NCBI GenBank assembly: GCA_036337435.1
Contig: JAYZEG010000061.1
Span: 1-63,893 of the forward strand
Direction of reading: 5' to 3'
Origin: Myxococcota bacterium
GTDB lineage: Bacteria; Myxococcota_A; Bradymonadia; UBA7976; UBA1532
DNA: 63,893 nucleotides
Shown here: positions 1 through 8,764 of the stretch, piece by piece
Numbering within the stretch: position 1 is the first letter of the stretch
Layout: every line of letters starts with the position of its first letter
Translations under genes and position numbers: made by a program
The notes under the pieces: generated by a model
Told to the model about the DNA's origin: nothing
Databases searched by the model: none
What the model saw: only the letters and a program-made list of their open reading frames with translations

Positions 1-488
1 GACCGCGGGATCGCTTCTTTGACACGCACCCCGAGTTCGAGGGAACTGAGCTGCGTTGCTGGCTGTAATGCGTTGACCATATATTGATCTAGGGACGGCC
101 CGCCGCCCCAACCTGCGCGACGTCCATCACCCCCAACGAAGTCCCCCTCTGTTATGGCTTCCCCGGTCAACAGAGACGCCATCCCGCGCTGGTGCGGACC
201 ACCAGGACCGAGACCGGCAATGGCCATATCAACACCATCGATGACGACCAACTGGTCTTTGTGGGCGGTCAATGGCTGGAGAAGGGGTCCCAGTTCAAAG
301 TTACTGCCAGACCCATCCGCCACCGGACTCCAAAGTTCTTTCTTCGTGCCATTGGGCTGATAGAAAATCAAAAAACGTTGCGGAAATTGCGCAGGCCTGT
401 CAGCGGCAAAACTTCGAAGCGGACTCGACACGAGCGGCAGTGCAAAAGCACCGGCCGCGCTTTTTAGAAAACGGCGTCGACTAATCAT
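1..488 (-). CDS. DUF1552 domain protein with Tat signal (runs off the window edge)
   Basis: Not in the ORF track. Manual translation from ATG 488 gives MISRRRFLKSAAGAFALPL...QRFLIFYQPNGTKKELW...LGPLLQPLTAHKDQLVVIDGVD...GPSLDQY...SLELGV. It has a twin-arginine signal and DUF1552-like motifs, and overlaps the stop of the upstream PSD gene by 8 bp, the usual DUF1592-DUF1552 pairing. Confidence 0.9.
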   Translation of the reverse strand, partial: MISRRRFLKSAAGAFALPLVSSPLRSFAADRPAQFPQRFLIFYQPNGTKKELWSPVADGSGSNFELGPLLQPLTAHKDQLVVIDGVDMAIAGLGPGGPHQRGMASLLTGEAITEGDFVGGDGRRAGWGGGPSLDQYMVNALQPATQLSSLELGVRVKEAIPR

Positions 489-2097
489 CGGCCGGCCCTC
501 CGCGATGTCGAAAATTGGGATGCATGGCGAGGGCTTTTACCAACGCTTTGAAATCATAGCCACTGTCTACGTACGTGCCGTAAACGGATTCGAGAGTACA
601 TCCGTCCTCGCTCCTCTCTCCGCGCCCCATCGCATATCGGAAAACCTGAGTCGTCACGCATCGATGCACTTGGTCGCTGGTCGCTAATCGCCCAGCCAAT
701 TGATCGAGACCATAAAAAGGCCCGTTGATATCCGTTGTCGCGAGCACTTCGCCCGACGCATCGACAGCTCGACCATTTTGGATATCTCGCCATTGTCCAA
801 TCGCATCAAAATGCTCGAACCCAAGACCCAAAGGATCGATGAGCTGATGACAACCGGCGCAACTTGGGTCTGCGCTGTGTGCCTCGAAGAGCTGTCGCGT
901 CGTCAAATTCGGGTCTGGATCCGGTGCCACGACCATGAGGTCTGGGGGTGGGGGCGGAAGTGCTGTGCAGAGCAATTGCTCTCTGACAAAGATGCCGCGG
1001 TGGATAGGCGACGTCATGTTGGGCTTCGATGTAGCAGCCAAGATGGCCGGGTGGCTTAAGATGCCAACGCGACTGACGTCGGCTGGGTCACCAGCCTCCT
1101 TGAAGACACGCTTAAATAAACGTTCGATGGTCCCACCGTTTGCCCAGACAGCGTCTTCGATGAACGCCTTTGCATCGGCCTTCATCTCGACCGCCGCAGA
1201 CGCGTCGAAATCTGGATAATAACGGGGATCCCGAACGAGTTTATCGACCCCGTCCAAATGAAGCCACTGTTCGAAAAAGTGCCAGAAACCAGCATTCGCT
1301 CTCGGGTCTTCCAACATGCGGTCGATTTGCTCGGCTAGGCCACTGTCCGTGAGCAACTCGCCAGTCTCCGCGCCTAAGAACAGGGCATCATCGGGCCTTG
1401 AGCGCCATATGAAATAGGACAGTCTCGCCGCCATTTCATAATTGGTCAACGAGACGAGACCCTCGTGGACTGGCGACGGTGTTCCGACTTCAATTCGATA
1501 CAAGAAGCTAGGTGATTGTAGGAGAGCAGTGATCACCAAACTGACGCCATCTCGATGGCTCTCGCCAGACGCGATAGCACCCCGATACAGTTTCAGCAGT
1601 GCTGTTTGTTCGAGAGTGTCCAGAGGCCTGCGCCAAGCACGGACGCCAATGGCGTGAAGATAGCGTTCGATACATTCATCGCCTGCTTCACCGCCCATGC
1701 ATGGCACCTGAGTATCGATGTCTTCCGTCGCCGCTTGTGCAATCAACTCCGCCGCGTACATATACCGTTCCGCATGAAGGGGTGTGGCTTGAAGTGCGCG
1801 CGCGTTGTTATTGAAACCGAGTGCCTCCTCTTCTGGAGGAAAAACAACACCGTCTGGCAAGTCAAAACCAAACAGGTCTTTGACGGTGCTTTCGTACTCA
1901 TCGTTGGTCAAACGCCGAGGAAGGCTCGAGCCGGGGTCGAGTACCGTTACGTCTAAGCAGGGCTTTGGCACGAGGTCTATATCCGGCTGCGTGCCGGGCT
2001 GCTCCGTCGTCATCGAATGAAATGCTGGTGCTGGATTCTCTTCACACCCGTACAGCGTGAGGAACATAATTACCGCAGCGATAAGTCTCTTGGCCAT
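481..2097 (-). CDS. DUF1592/DUF1588/DUF1585/DUF1587/DUF1595 (PSD-type) lipoprotein with a heme-c motif
   Basis: Lipobox LYGC; motifs RRLTNDEY, LQSPSFLYR, ARLSYFIW..PD, TSPIHRG.FVRE.LLC, CAGCH..IDPLGLGFEHFDAIG, RYAMGR. Confidence 0.9.
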   Translation of the reverse strand: MAKRLIAAVIMFLTLYGCEENPAPAFHSMTTEQPGTQPDIDLVPKPCLDVTVLDPGSSLPRRLTNDEYESTVKDLFGFDLPDGVVFPPEEEALGFNNNARALQATPLHAERYMYAAELIAQAATEDIDTQVPCMGGEAGDECIERYLHAIGVRAWRRPLDTLEQTALLKLYRGAIASGESHRDGVSLVITALLQSPSFLYRIEVGTPSPVHEGLVSLTNYEMAARLSYFIWRSRPDDALFLGAETGELLTDSGLAEQIDRMLEDPRANAGFWHFFEQWLHLDGVDKLVRDPRYYPDFDASAAVEMKADAKAFIEDAVWANGGTIERLFKRVFKEAGDPADVSRVGILSHPAILAATSKPNMTSPIHRGIFVREQLLCTALPPPPPDLMVVAPDPDPNLTTRQLFEAHSADPSCAGCHQLIDPLGLGFEHFDAIGQWRDIQNGRAVDASGEVLATTDINGPFYGLDQLAGRLATSDQVHRCVTTQVFRYAMGRGERSEDGCTLESVYGTYVDSGYDFKALVKALAMHPNFRHRGGPADD

Positions 2098-2178
2098 CGT
2101 TCTTTGAAAGCTATCGTCTATAGTGTGCAGTATTGGGTTTTATGACGTCTTCGTCAAACCAAACTACAGCCAGGTCTG

Positions 2179-3324
2179 CTACGACTCGAGGGCGAACGCC
2201 AGATCCGCAATCAAATCGTCTACATGTTCTATCCCTGTACTGATGCGAATCAACCCATCATCGATTCCTAATTCTTGTCGAATTTCCGCTGGCACGCTGG
2301 CATGGGTCATGATCGCCGGATGCTCTATGAGACTCTCAACACCGCCAAGGCTTTCGGCTAGAGTAAAAATTTTACAGCGTTTGAGTAAACGAGTCGCCGG
2401 CTCAAGCCCCCCTTTGACAACAAAACTCATCATGCCACCAAATCCACTCATCTGTCTCTTGGCAAGTTCATGCTGAGGATGGCTCTGCAAACCAGGATAA
2501 ATGACCTTCTTCACACCCGGGTGCGCCTCAAGCCAAGCCGCAATTTTTCGACCATTCTCATCATGCTGTTTCATTCTCACCGCCAACGTCTTGGTGCCTC
2601 GCAGAACCAGGAAACAATCCATCGGGCCGGGGGTTGCTCCCACCGACTTCTGGATGAAGTGAAGACGTTCAGCAATCCCGTCATCATCGGTCATTGCAAC
2701 GCCCATGACGACATCACTATGACCACCCAGATACTTGGTGCAACTGTGGACAACAACATCAGCACCAAAGCTGAGCGGTTGCTGGAAATAAGGCGACATA
2801 AAAGTATTATCGACAATGACCTTGAGCCCGTGCCGTTTGGCGATTGCGACGACCGCTTCGATGTCGACGAGCTTCATTAATGGGTTCGTTGGTGTCTCAA
2901 TCCAGACCGCGGCGGTCTCGGGCTTGATGTGCCGTTGCAGGGCATCCAGGTCAGTCAAATCGACGAAGTCGAATGACCGAGCAGCTTTGCTAAAAACCTG
3001 TGAGAAAAGCCGTCGAGTACCGCCGTAAACATCGTCCATGCTGATGATATGAGCGTTTTCACCCAACCAATGAATGACCGCTGCAGTCGCCGCACAACCA
3101 CTGGCAAAGCAAATCCCGTGGCGGGCATTTTCAAGGGAGGCTAGATTCTGCTCCAATGCAGTTCTCGTTGGATTATCAGCACGACTGTAGTCGTACCCTT
3201 TATGGATGCCCGGGGCAGACTGGGCAAACGTGCTGGTCATGTACACGGGCGTACAGACCGCACCGTAGGCCGGCTCAGGGTCTTGGCCAGCGTGAATCGC
3301 ACGTGTTTCGAAACGTTGGGTCAT
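2179..3324 (-). CDS. Cystathionine gamma-lyase/gamma-synthase (Cys/Met metabolism PLP enzyme)
   Basis: Motifs YSRADNPT, ETPTNP, DNTF, HSCTKYLGGHSD (PLP lysine) and AESLGGVESL. ATG 3324 follows AGGAG; the alternative start is GTG 3333. Confidence 0.93.
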   Translation of the reverse strand: MTQRFETRAIHAGQDPEPAYGAVCTPVYMTSTFAQSAPGIHKGYDYSRADNPTRTALEQNLASLENARHGICFASGCAATAAVIHWLGENAHIISMDDVYGGTRRLFSQVFSKAARSFDFVDLTDLDALQRHIKPETAAVWIETPTNPLMKLVDIEAVVAIAKRHGLKVIVDNTFMSPYFQQPLSFGADVVVHSCTKYLGGHSDVVMGVAMTDDDGIAERLHFIQKSVGATPGPMDCFLVLRGTKTLAVRMKQHDENGRKIAAWLEAHPGVKKVIYPGLQSHPQHELAKRQMSGFGGMMSFVVKGGLEPATRLLKRCKIFTLAESLGGVESLIEHPAIMTHASVPAEIRQELGIDDGLIRISTGIEHVDDLIADLAFALES

Positions 3325-3337
3325 GGGCGGCACTCTC

Positions 3338-4717
3338 CTAAAGCTGTCGTCTATGGGCGAGAAAGTCGATGACGTCGATCTGGGTAATCAAGCCGCGAAC
3401 TTCACCACGTTCCCAAACCACGATGACTTTGCCCTGGCTAAATATATGGTTAAAGAGTCCGACCGGGGCATCTGGGTCAGCGACCTCGTAGCTGTTGCTT
3501 GCAACGGCAGCAACGGGGGCATGTAATGCTTCCATCCCATCATTCAAGAGAGTTTCTAACAAAGCAGATTCATTGACGATGCCGACCAAATGCCCACGGT
3601 CAATGACCGGCACTTGGCTAATCCCCTCCGCCTTCATCAGCTCGATGACATCGGCCACCTTCGCGTCGCGGTCGACCGTCAATACGCTGGGTGGCTTATT
3701 GGCGAGTAAATCCCGGATTGTCCCGAGATTTCCCTCGGGGTCGAGAAAACCATTTTCCCGCATCCATTCATCATCGAAGATTTTATTGAGGTAGCGGCTG
3801 GCGCTGTCCGGAAGCAGCACGACAATATTGGCCTTGCGGTCGATCTTCTCTGCGTAACGAATTGCACCGAGCACAGCCGCCCCACCTGACCCACCTGTAT
3901 AAATGCCCTCCTGACGCGCCAAAGCTCGGGTCGCATCGAAACATTCCTTGTCCGTGAGCTGAATGACATCATCGATGATGCCCAGGTTGATGGTGCTGGG
4001 GAAGAAATCTTCGCCAATGCCCTCAACTTTGTAGGAATAGGCTTCTATCACTTCGCCAGTCTTCCAGAAATCGTAATAGATGGACCCCTGGCAATCCACA
4101 CCAACCAACTGCACATCGGCCTTCTGTTCTTTAAGATACCGACCCGTGCCCGTGATGGTTCCGCCGGTTCCAAGGCCCGCGACGAATGCGTCGATTTCAC
4201 CGCCGGTCTGAGTCCACAATTCGGGACCGGTGCTCAGATAATGTGCCTCCGTATTATCCGAATTATGGTATTGGTTCGCGTAGAAAGCATTGGGCGTCTC
4301 GTCAGCGATCTTTCGGCTGACTGAGTAATAAGAGCGCGGGTCCTCTGGCTCGACATTCGTGGGCGTAATCACGACTTTCGCACCGGCGGCCCGTAAGGCT
4401 TTGACCTTCTCCATCGATTGTTTGTCAGGCATAACAAACACACACTTGTAGCCCCTGAGAGCCGCGATCATGGCTAGGCCCATGCCGGTATTGCCGCTGG
4501 TCGCCTCAACAATGGTGCCGCCGGGCTTTAATTCGCCACGTTTTTCAGCTTCGTTAATAATGTTCAGAGCAATACGGTCCTTGACCGATCCACCTGGATT
4601 TAGGTAACCCAGCTTGCAATAAATGTCGGCTTTTAAGCCGGCCGCCAAACGGTTCAGTCGAACGAGCGGAGTCTGCCCAATCGCCTCGGACACATCGGCC
4701 ACTGCACCCTTCATCAT
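3338..4717 (-). CDS. cbs: Cystathionine beta-synthase with C-terminal CBS-domain pair
   Basis: Motifs NPGGSVKDR (PLP lysine), EATSGNTG, GTGGT and EGIG, plus two C-terminal CBS domains. It lies directly upstream of the gamma-lyase, forming a reverse-transsulfuration pair. Confidence 0.9.
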   Translation of the reverse strand: MMKGAVADVSEAIGQTPLVRLNRLAAGLKADIYCKLGYLNPGGSVKDRIALNIINEAEKRGELKPGGTIVEATSGNTGMGLAMIAALRGYKCVFVMPDKQSMEKVKALRAAGAKVVITPTNVEPEDPRSYYSVSRKIADETPNAFYANQYHNSDNTEAHYLSTGPELWTQTGGEIDAFVAGLGTGGTITGTGRYLKEQKADVQLVGVDCQGSIYYDFWKTGEVIEAYSYKVEGIGEDFFPSTINLGIIDDVIQLTDKECFDATRALARQEGIYTGGSGGAAVLGAIRYAEKIDRKANIVVLLPDSASRYLNKIFDDEWMRENGFLDPEGNLGTIRDLLANKPPSVLTVDRDAKVADVIELMKAEGISQVPVIDRGHLVGIVNESALLETLLNDGMEALHAPVAAVASNSYEVADPDAPVGLFNHIFSQGKVIVVWERGEVRGLITQIDVIDFLAHRRQL

Positions 4718-4926
4718 ATCGCCATCTCCATTCCGTAATGTCTACCCCACGATGGTTGTCCGTTATTCGCACAGGTCTTGTCAATATGCCGACTCTGTAA
4801 GCGGCATCAAGTTGCTCGAATATTTCAAAATATTAGGCCCAGCAGTGTTTTCATCGGAAAAAAATGGCGATTTTCTTGCCAAAAGTAATACTCTATCCTA
4901 CATGTATGAAAACGTAGGAGGCAGCC

Positions 4927-5241
4927 ATGACTCAGTTTAGTGGTAAAGAACGTCGTCGCCACAGACTATTTGTTACTCAAAACACAGAATATCATCTCCG
5001 TGAACAGTTATGCGTGGGTGTCCGGGATCTCTGGAGTGGCCGGTGGAGAGACGATCATCCTGCTGTCGGACGTCGTTTATTCGGTGCTGTCGTTCCGGGT
5101 CCAGAAGGTCTAGAGCCCATAGATGAACCGTCGGTCAATTGTCTGCTCTGGTTTGAAAATGGCGAGAACGACATTCTGACAAGCCGATTGACGGCCATTA
5201 CCCGCCCGCCTAAAAACGTCATCACTCGTTACGCGGCGTAG
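4927..5241 (+). CDS. Conserved hypothetical protein (myxobacterial type, ERRRHRLFVTQNTEYH motif)
   Basis: Strong RBS (AGGAGG) before ATG 4927; 104-aa ORF resembling small proteins I recall from myxobacteria. Confidence 0.7.
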   Translation: MTQFSGKERRRHRLFVTQNTEYHLREQLCVGVRDLWSGRWRDDHPAVGRRLFGAVVPGPEGLEPIDEPSVNCLLWFENGENDILTSRLTAITRPPKNVITRYAA

Positions 5242-5342
5242 ACCACAAGCCGAAATCCAGTAAATAGACACTTAGCGCAGCGTTCGCTTTCCTCAAGTTG
5301 GCCTAAAATTCGCCCTCTCGCCCAACAATGAAATCACTAGAC

Positions 5343-5371
5343 TAGACACAGGCGACGCACCTCGATATACC
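5343..5371 (+). promoter_or_regulatory. Possible sigma70-type promoter
   Basis: TAGACA-N17-TATACC about 30 nt upstream of ATG 5403; sequence match only. Confidence 0.3.
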
Positions 5372-5402
5372 TGCTCGTTCCAGAAAAGAGGGAGATACCG
5401 TA

Positions 5403-6392
5403 ATGGGATTGTTCGGAAGCGGACATTTGCGACGTCAGATCACGGCTATGGGCGAGGAGTTAGCCTCGCTCCAAAAAGAGATCGCGGCGATGCGAACAGA
5501 AAATAGCGAGATAAAAAAACAGCTCTCAGATCGAGAGTCGGCGACACGAGACGCGAGGGATGCGAAGAAAAAGGTAGACCAGAAACTTGAGAAAGTAACG
5601 TCCGCACGGCATGCAGCTGAGCGTAAAGTCAAGAGCCATGAGTCGGAGCTCACAAAACTGCGAGGTGAAATCCAGCAATACCGGACTGATTTGAGGCAGA
5701 CCCGAGAAGAACTCGATAAAGCCTATGGTTCGACGCAACGACAGACCCCGGTTCCGACACAGGCACGCGAGGAGAAACCCGAGGAGTCAGCTGCAAGCGA
5801 GCAAAAAAATACAGCCCCGGCGACACCAACTGAGACAGACCCGCGTAAAATTGACCGGCGCATCGAACGGCTTCAAGACCAACTCGACCGCGAGCGAGAA
5901 AAATTTAACGAAGTTAAAGACCGTGTCGCGGGCGCCGAGAAGGCCACTCGTGATGCCGATAGACGGCGGATCAGTGAGCTCAACAAGGCTGAGGCAGTCG
6001 TCCGTGATTTACAGCATGCGATCAGAAGCGAGCGCAGGGCCTACAAAGTGCTGCAACTTCAGTATGAGGCGCTCCTAGACGCTGCCAAAAGTCAGGGGCT
6101 GACGCTTCCTGAGGCCGGCCCGGTGCCTGAGACCGCTGAATCTGAGGCACCTCAAGCCATTCCGGCCGAGGTGGCTGTTACAACAACCGATGACGTGTCG
6201 CAGGCAAACACCGAAGGCACTGCTGAAGACACTCCTGCTGAAGACAACGCCGCTGAAGATAAAGCTGCTGAAGACAACGCCGCTGACGATAAAGCTGCTG
6301 AAGACAACGCCGCTGACGATCAAGCCGCTGACGACAAAGCTGCTGCTGAAGACAAAGCCGAAGGGGCAAAATCAGACGCAGCAGCGAACTAA
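5403..6392 (+). CDS. Coiled-coil protein with acidic repetitive C-terminal tail
   Basis: RBS GGGAG; two long heptad-rich helical segments separated by a Pro/Thr linker; tail of AED(N/K)A repeats. Confidence 0.8.
   Translation: MGLFGSGHLRRQITAMGEELASLQKEIAAMRTENSEIKKQLSDRESATRDARDAKKKVDQKLEKVTSARHAAERKVKSHESELTKLRGEIQQYRTDLRQTREELDKAYGSTQRQTPVPTQAREEKPEESAASEQKNTAPATPTETDPRKIDRRIERLQDQLDREREKFNEVKDRVAGAEKATRDADRRRISELNKAEAVVRDLQHAIRSERRAYKVLQLQYEALLDAAKSQGLTLPEAGPVPETAESEAPQAIPAEVAVTTTDDVSQANTEGTAEDTPAEDNAAEDKAAEDNAADDKAAEDNAADDQAADDKAAAEDKAEGAKSDAAAN
6222..6359 (+). repeat. Coding 15-bp tandem repeat, about 9 units, with 30-bp higher-order periodicity
   Basis: GCTGAAGACAACGCC at 6237, 6267 and 6297 alternates with GCTGA(A/C)GAT(A/C)AAGC(T/C) units; encodes AEDNA/AEDKA/ADDKA. 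Confidence 0.9.
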
Positions 6393-6537
6393 ACGATTCA
6401 GATCCAAATGTGTGGGGCGGCGTGTCAATGCGCGTCGAACTCACACAACCCCACCGAACGCATCAGTGTGACCTCACAGCCGCCCCCAAACCAAAAATCG
6501 CTATAGCGTCGCCAAAGCCTATCCTCCAACGGCTCTG

Positions 6538-7557
6538 TCAATTGCCGATTTCAACGGGCCGCTCAATACAACACACAATGTCTCTCAACTGACGGATTTC
6601 GTCGGCCCAAAACTCGTCGGTCAAAACGTGAGCAAAGGTTTTTTGGAACATCGGATCGTGCCAACGCATGGCTATCCAACCGGAATACCGAATAATGCGG
6701 AGTGCGCGCAGTGGCTCGACCAAGTCCAACCATTGCGTATGGAAGTCACGCGACTCTCGATAACCTTCAATAATTTTCGAACGTCGGATCCGACCATTTT
6801 CATCACTGGAGGGGGCCAGCATCCAGATATCCTGAACAGCGGGCCCATGGACCATGTCATCAAAATCGAAATAAACGGGCGTCGTATCGTCCCACATCAA
6901 ATTGGAATGATGGCAGTCACCATGAATTCGATGGAGTGGGACCATTTCAAGGCCACTGGTCACATGCTCGAAAATGGTTTGCGCGATGTCGCTGTATGCG
7001 GCTTGCATGGTGTGGGGCAATAGACCCGACCCAACGATTGCATCCAGGGCAGGCTGCCCCCAAGCATCAACACCGAGAGTCTGCCGATGCTGCGCATGTC
7101 GACGTTCACCGACCGCATGAATGGCCGCAATGCTTCGGCCCAGCTGATAAAGTTTTTCGACATCGGGTTCATCATCAAGCCGGCCAGCCACTTTTTCAAA
7201 AAGGGCGTAATGAATCCCTTTTGCCTCCCCGTCGAGGGTGTCCAAAGAATAGCCATCATCGATAACCAGCGGTTTGGACACCGCAATCCCTTCATCGGCC
7301 AGTTCAAAAAGAAAGTCATGCTCGTCTTCAATGGTATCGACCGACCATCGGCCAGGCCGATAAAATTTGGCAATGACGGGCGGTCCATCCTCGACATCGA
7401 CTTGGTAGACTCGATTTTCGTAGCTGTTCAGGGACAGAAGGCGCCCCGTGCAAGCAAAACCCGCTGTCTCTACAGCGGTGATGACTTGGTGCGGGCCAAG
7501 ACACTGAAATTTTTTTGCGAGCGGATGGTCCGCAAGTGTGGAGGGCTGTAATGACAC
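6538..7557 (-). CDS. srkA: Stress-response Ser/Thr protein kinase SrkA (RdoA/YihE)
   Basis: Motifs LNSYENRVY, AKFYRPGRWS, EHDF, IHGDCH, DFDD...GPAVQDIWML, EPLRALR and RWHDP.F; GAGGAG RBS before the GTG start. Confidence 0.93.
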   Translation of the reverse strand: MSLQPSTLADHPLAKKFQCLGPHQVITAVETAGFACTGRLLSLNSYENRVYQVDVEDGPPVIAKFYRPGRWSVDTIEDEHDFLFELADEGIAVSKPLVIDDGYSLDTLDGEAKGIHYALFEKVAGRLDDEPDVEKLYQLGRSIAAIHAVGERRHAQHRQTLGVDAWGQPALDAIVGSGLLPHTMQAAYSDIAQTIFEHVTSGLEMVPLHRIHGDCHHSNLMWDDTTPVYFDFDDMVHGPAVQDIWMLAPSSDENGRIRRSKIIEGYRESRDFHTQWLDLVEPLRALRIIRYSGWIAMRWHDPMFQKTFAHVLTDEFWADEIRQLRDIVCCIERPVEIGN

Positions 7558-7615
7558 CGTATCTCCTCATCGCTTACGGGCTTCGATCAGTTCAGCCTGT
7601 CATCAGGTCCAGAAT

Positions 7616-7969
7616 TCATTTCGCCAACAATTCCTGGGCTTTAGACAAGTCATTTCCGATTACGTACTCGCCATCAACAATTAAAATGGGTCGTTTGAGT
7701 AAATTGTTTGCCTCGGCGATCAATTCAACAGCCTCGGCCTTGTTCGGCTCATTAGCCGATAACTTACGCTCTCGATAAACAACATTACGCGTGTTTAGAA
7801 AGGGTTTGACGGGACGCGATCCGATGAGTGCATCAATTTCACTCGCTTCAAGTGGGTCTGCATTAATCTCCCGACTGATGTAATCAACGTCCCATGAATC
7901 GAGCTGTTTCTTGTAACGCCGACACGTGTCGCACGACTTCTTCCAAATAAACCGAACTACCTCTGCCAT
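7616..7969 (-). CDS. ArsC/Spx/YffB family protein (thioredoxin fold)
   Basis: SCDTCRR CxxC motif, NTR..VYRE and LLKRPIL. ATG 7969 follows AAGGGG; the track start is 8002. Confidence 0.85.
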   Translation of the reverse strand: MAEVVRFIWKKSCDTCRRYKKQLDSWDVDYISREINADPLEASEIDALIGSRPVKPFLNTRNVVYRERKLSANEPNKAEAVELIAEANNLLKRPILIVDGEYVIGNDLSKAQELLAK

Positions 7970-7985
7970 CGCAAAAATCCCCTTT

Positions 7986-8513
7986 CTAGGCGTTCGCTTC
8001 AAGATAAGCTGTCAGCGCATTTGACGTCTTTTCAAAGTTGGGAGCGACCAGTTTTGAAACAAACTTTTCAATACCCGAGGTCGCTTTTCCCAATAAGAGG
8101 CGTGGGACCAGGCCTTTTAAGTCTAGTTCAAGCTCCCCCTCTATACGCATCTCTGTCCGTCCCTCATCAATGGTGTGGTACGAGGTGACACCAGTGCAAG
8201 AGATCCGTTCAGCCATAAACCCCATTTCGAGGCGCCAGGAGCATGCCAGGTCGTCGGCATTCCACTTTGCGTGATCGATCCAATAAACGCTCGATGGGTC
8301 TACAAATGGTCGAGCGACAGCTGGGATTTCTGTCGCCGCAGCATTCCAACGGTTGACCAAGTGAACCACGCCTCCGCCGAGTTCGTCGCGTAAAGTGACC
8401 TCGATTGACTTCACATTGGGCATATATTGAGCCAGCTCTGGCATGTGGTCGCGCATGGCAAGAAAGACATCTTGTATCGGAAACGGGATTTCACTGACAA
8501 CACTGATCTCCAT
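7986..8513 (-). CDS. SRPBCC/START-like (DUF2505-like) protein
   Basis: 175 aa with a helix-grip pattern (MPNVKSIEV...W.DHAKW...TEMRIEGEL, C-terminal helix); GGAG RBS. Confidence 0.65.
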   Translation of the reverse strand: MEISVVSEIPFPIQDVFLAMRDHMPELAQYMPNVKSIEVTLRDELGGGVVHLVNRWNAAATEIPAVARPFVDPSSVYWIDHAKWNADDLACSWRLEMGFMAERISCTGVTSYHTIDEGRTEMRIEGELELDLKGLVPRLLLGKATSGIEKFVSKLVAPNFEKTSNALTAYLEANA

Positions 8514-8516
8514 GAT

Positions 8517-8750
8517 TCACTCCGCTTGCTTGTCTGTTAATGGCGAGGGACGCCTGGTTGCTTCCGTCAATCTGTATCTCGCGATGCCCGACGAAAGTCC
8601 AGACCAGATGTCGTTATTCAGTCGAGGGCTCATTGCACCGATCATCTGAACTGCATCGACCGGATATCTCGTTTCGGCGCCCGACCGGTCGCGTACACAA
8701 TTCAGCAGCAATCCCTGCCCCTCCAAGTGAACAGGCAAATAGCCAGACAA
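8517..8750 (-). CDS. Possible small hypothetical protein
   Basis: 77-aa TTG-start ORF that fills the gap between two minus-strand genes and stops 3 nt before the next ATG; no recognisable motif. Confidence 0.3.
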   Translation of the reverse strand: MSGYLPVHLEGQGLLLNCVRDRSGAETRYPVDAVQMIGAMSPRLNNDIWSGLSSGIARYRLTEATRRPSPLTDKQAE

Positions 8751-8764
8751 GCCTCACATCTGCC

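Noticed and set aside
4756..4784. Perfect TTGACA upstream of cbs on the minus strand
   Set aside because: No acceptable -10 element at 16-18 bp spacing.
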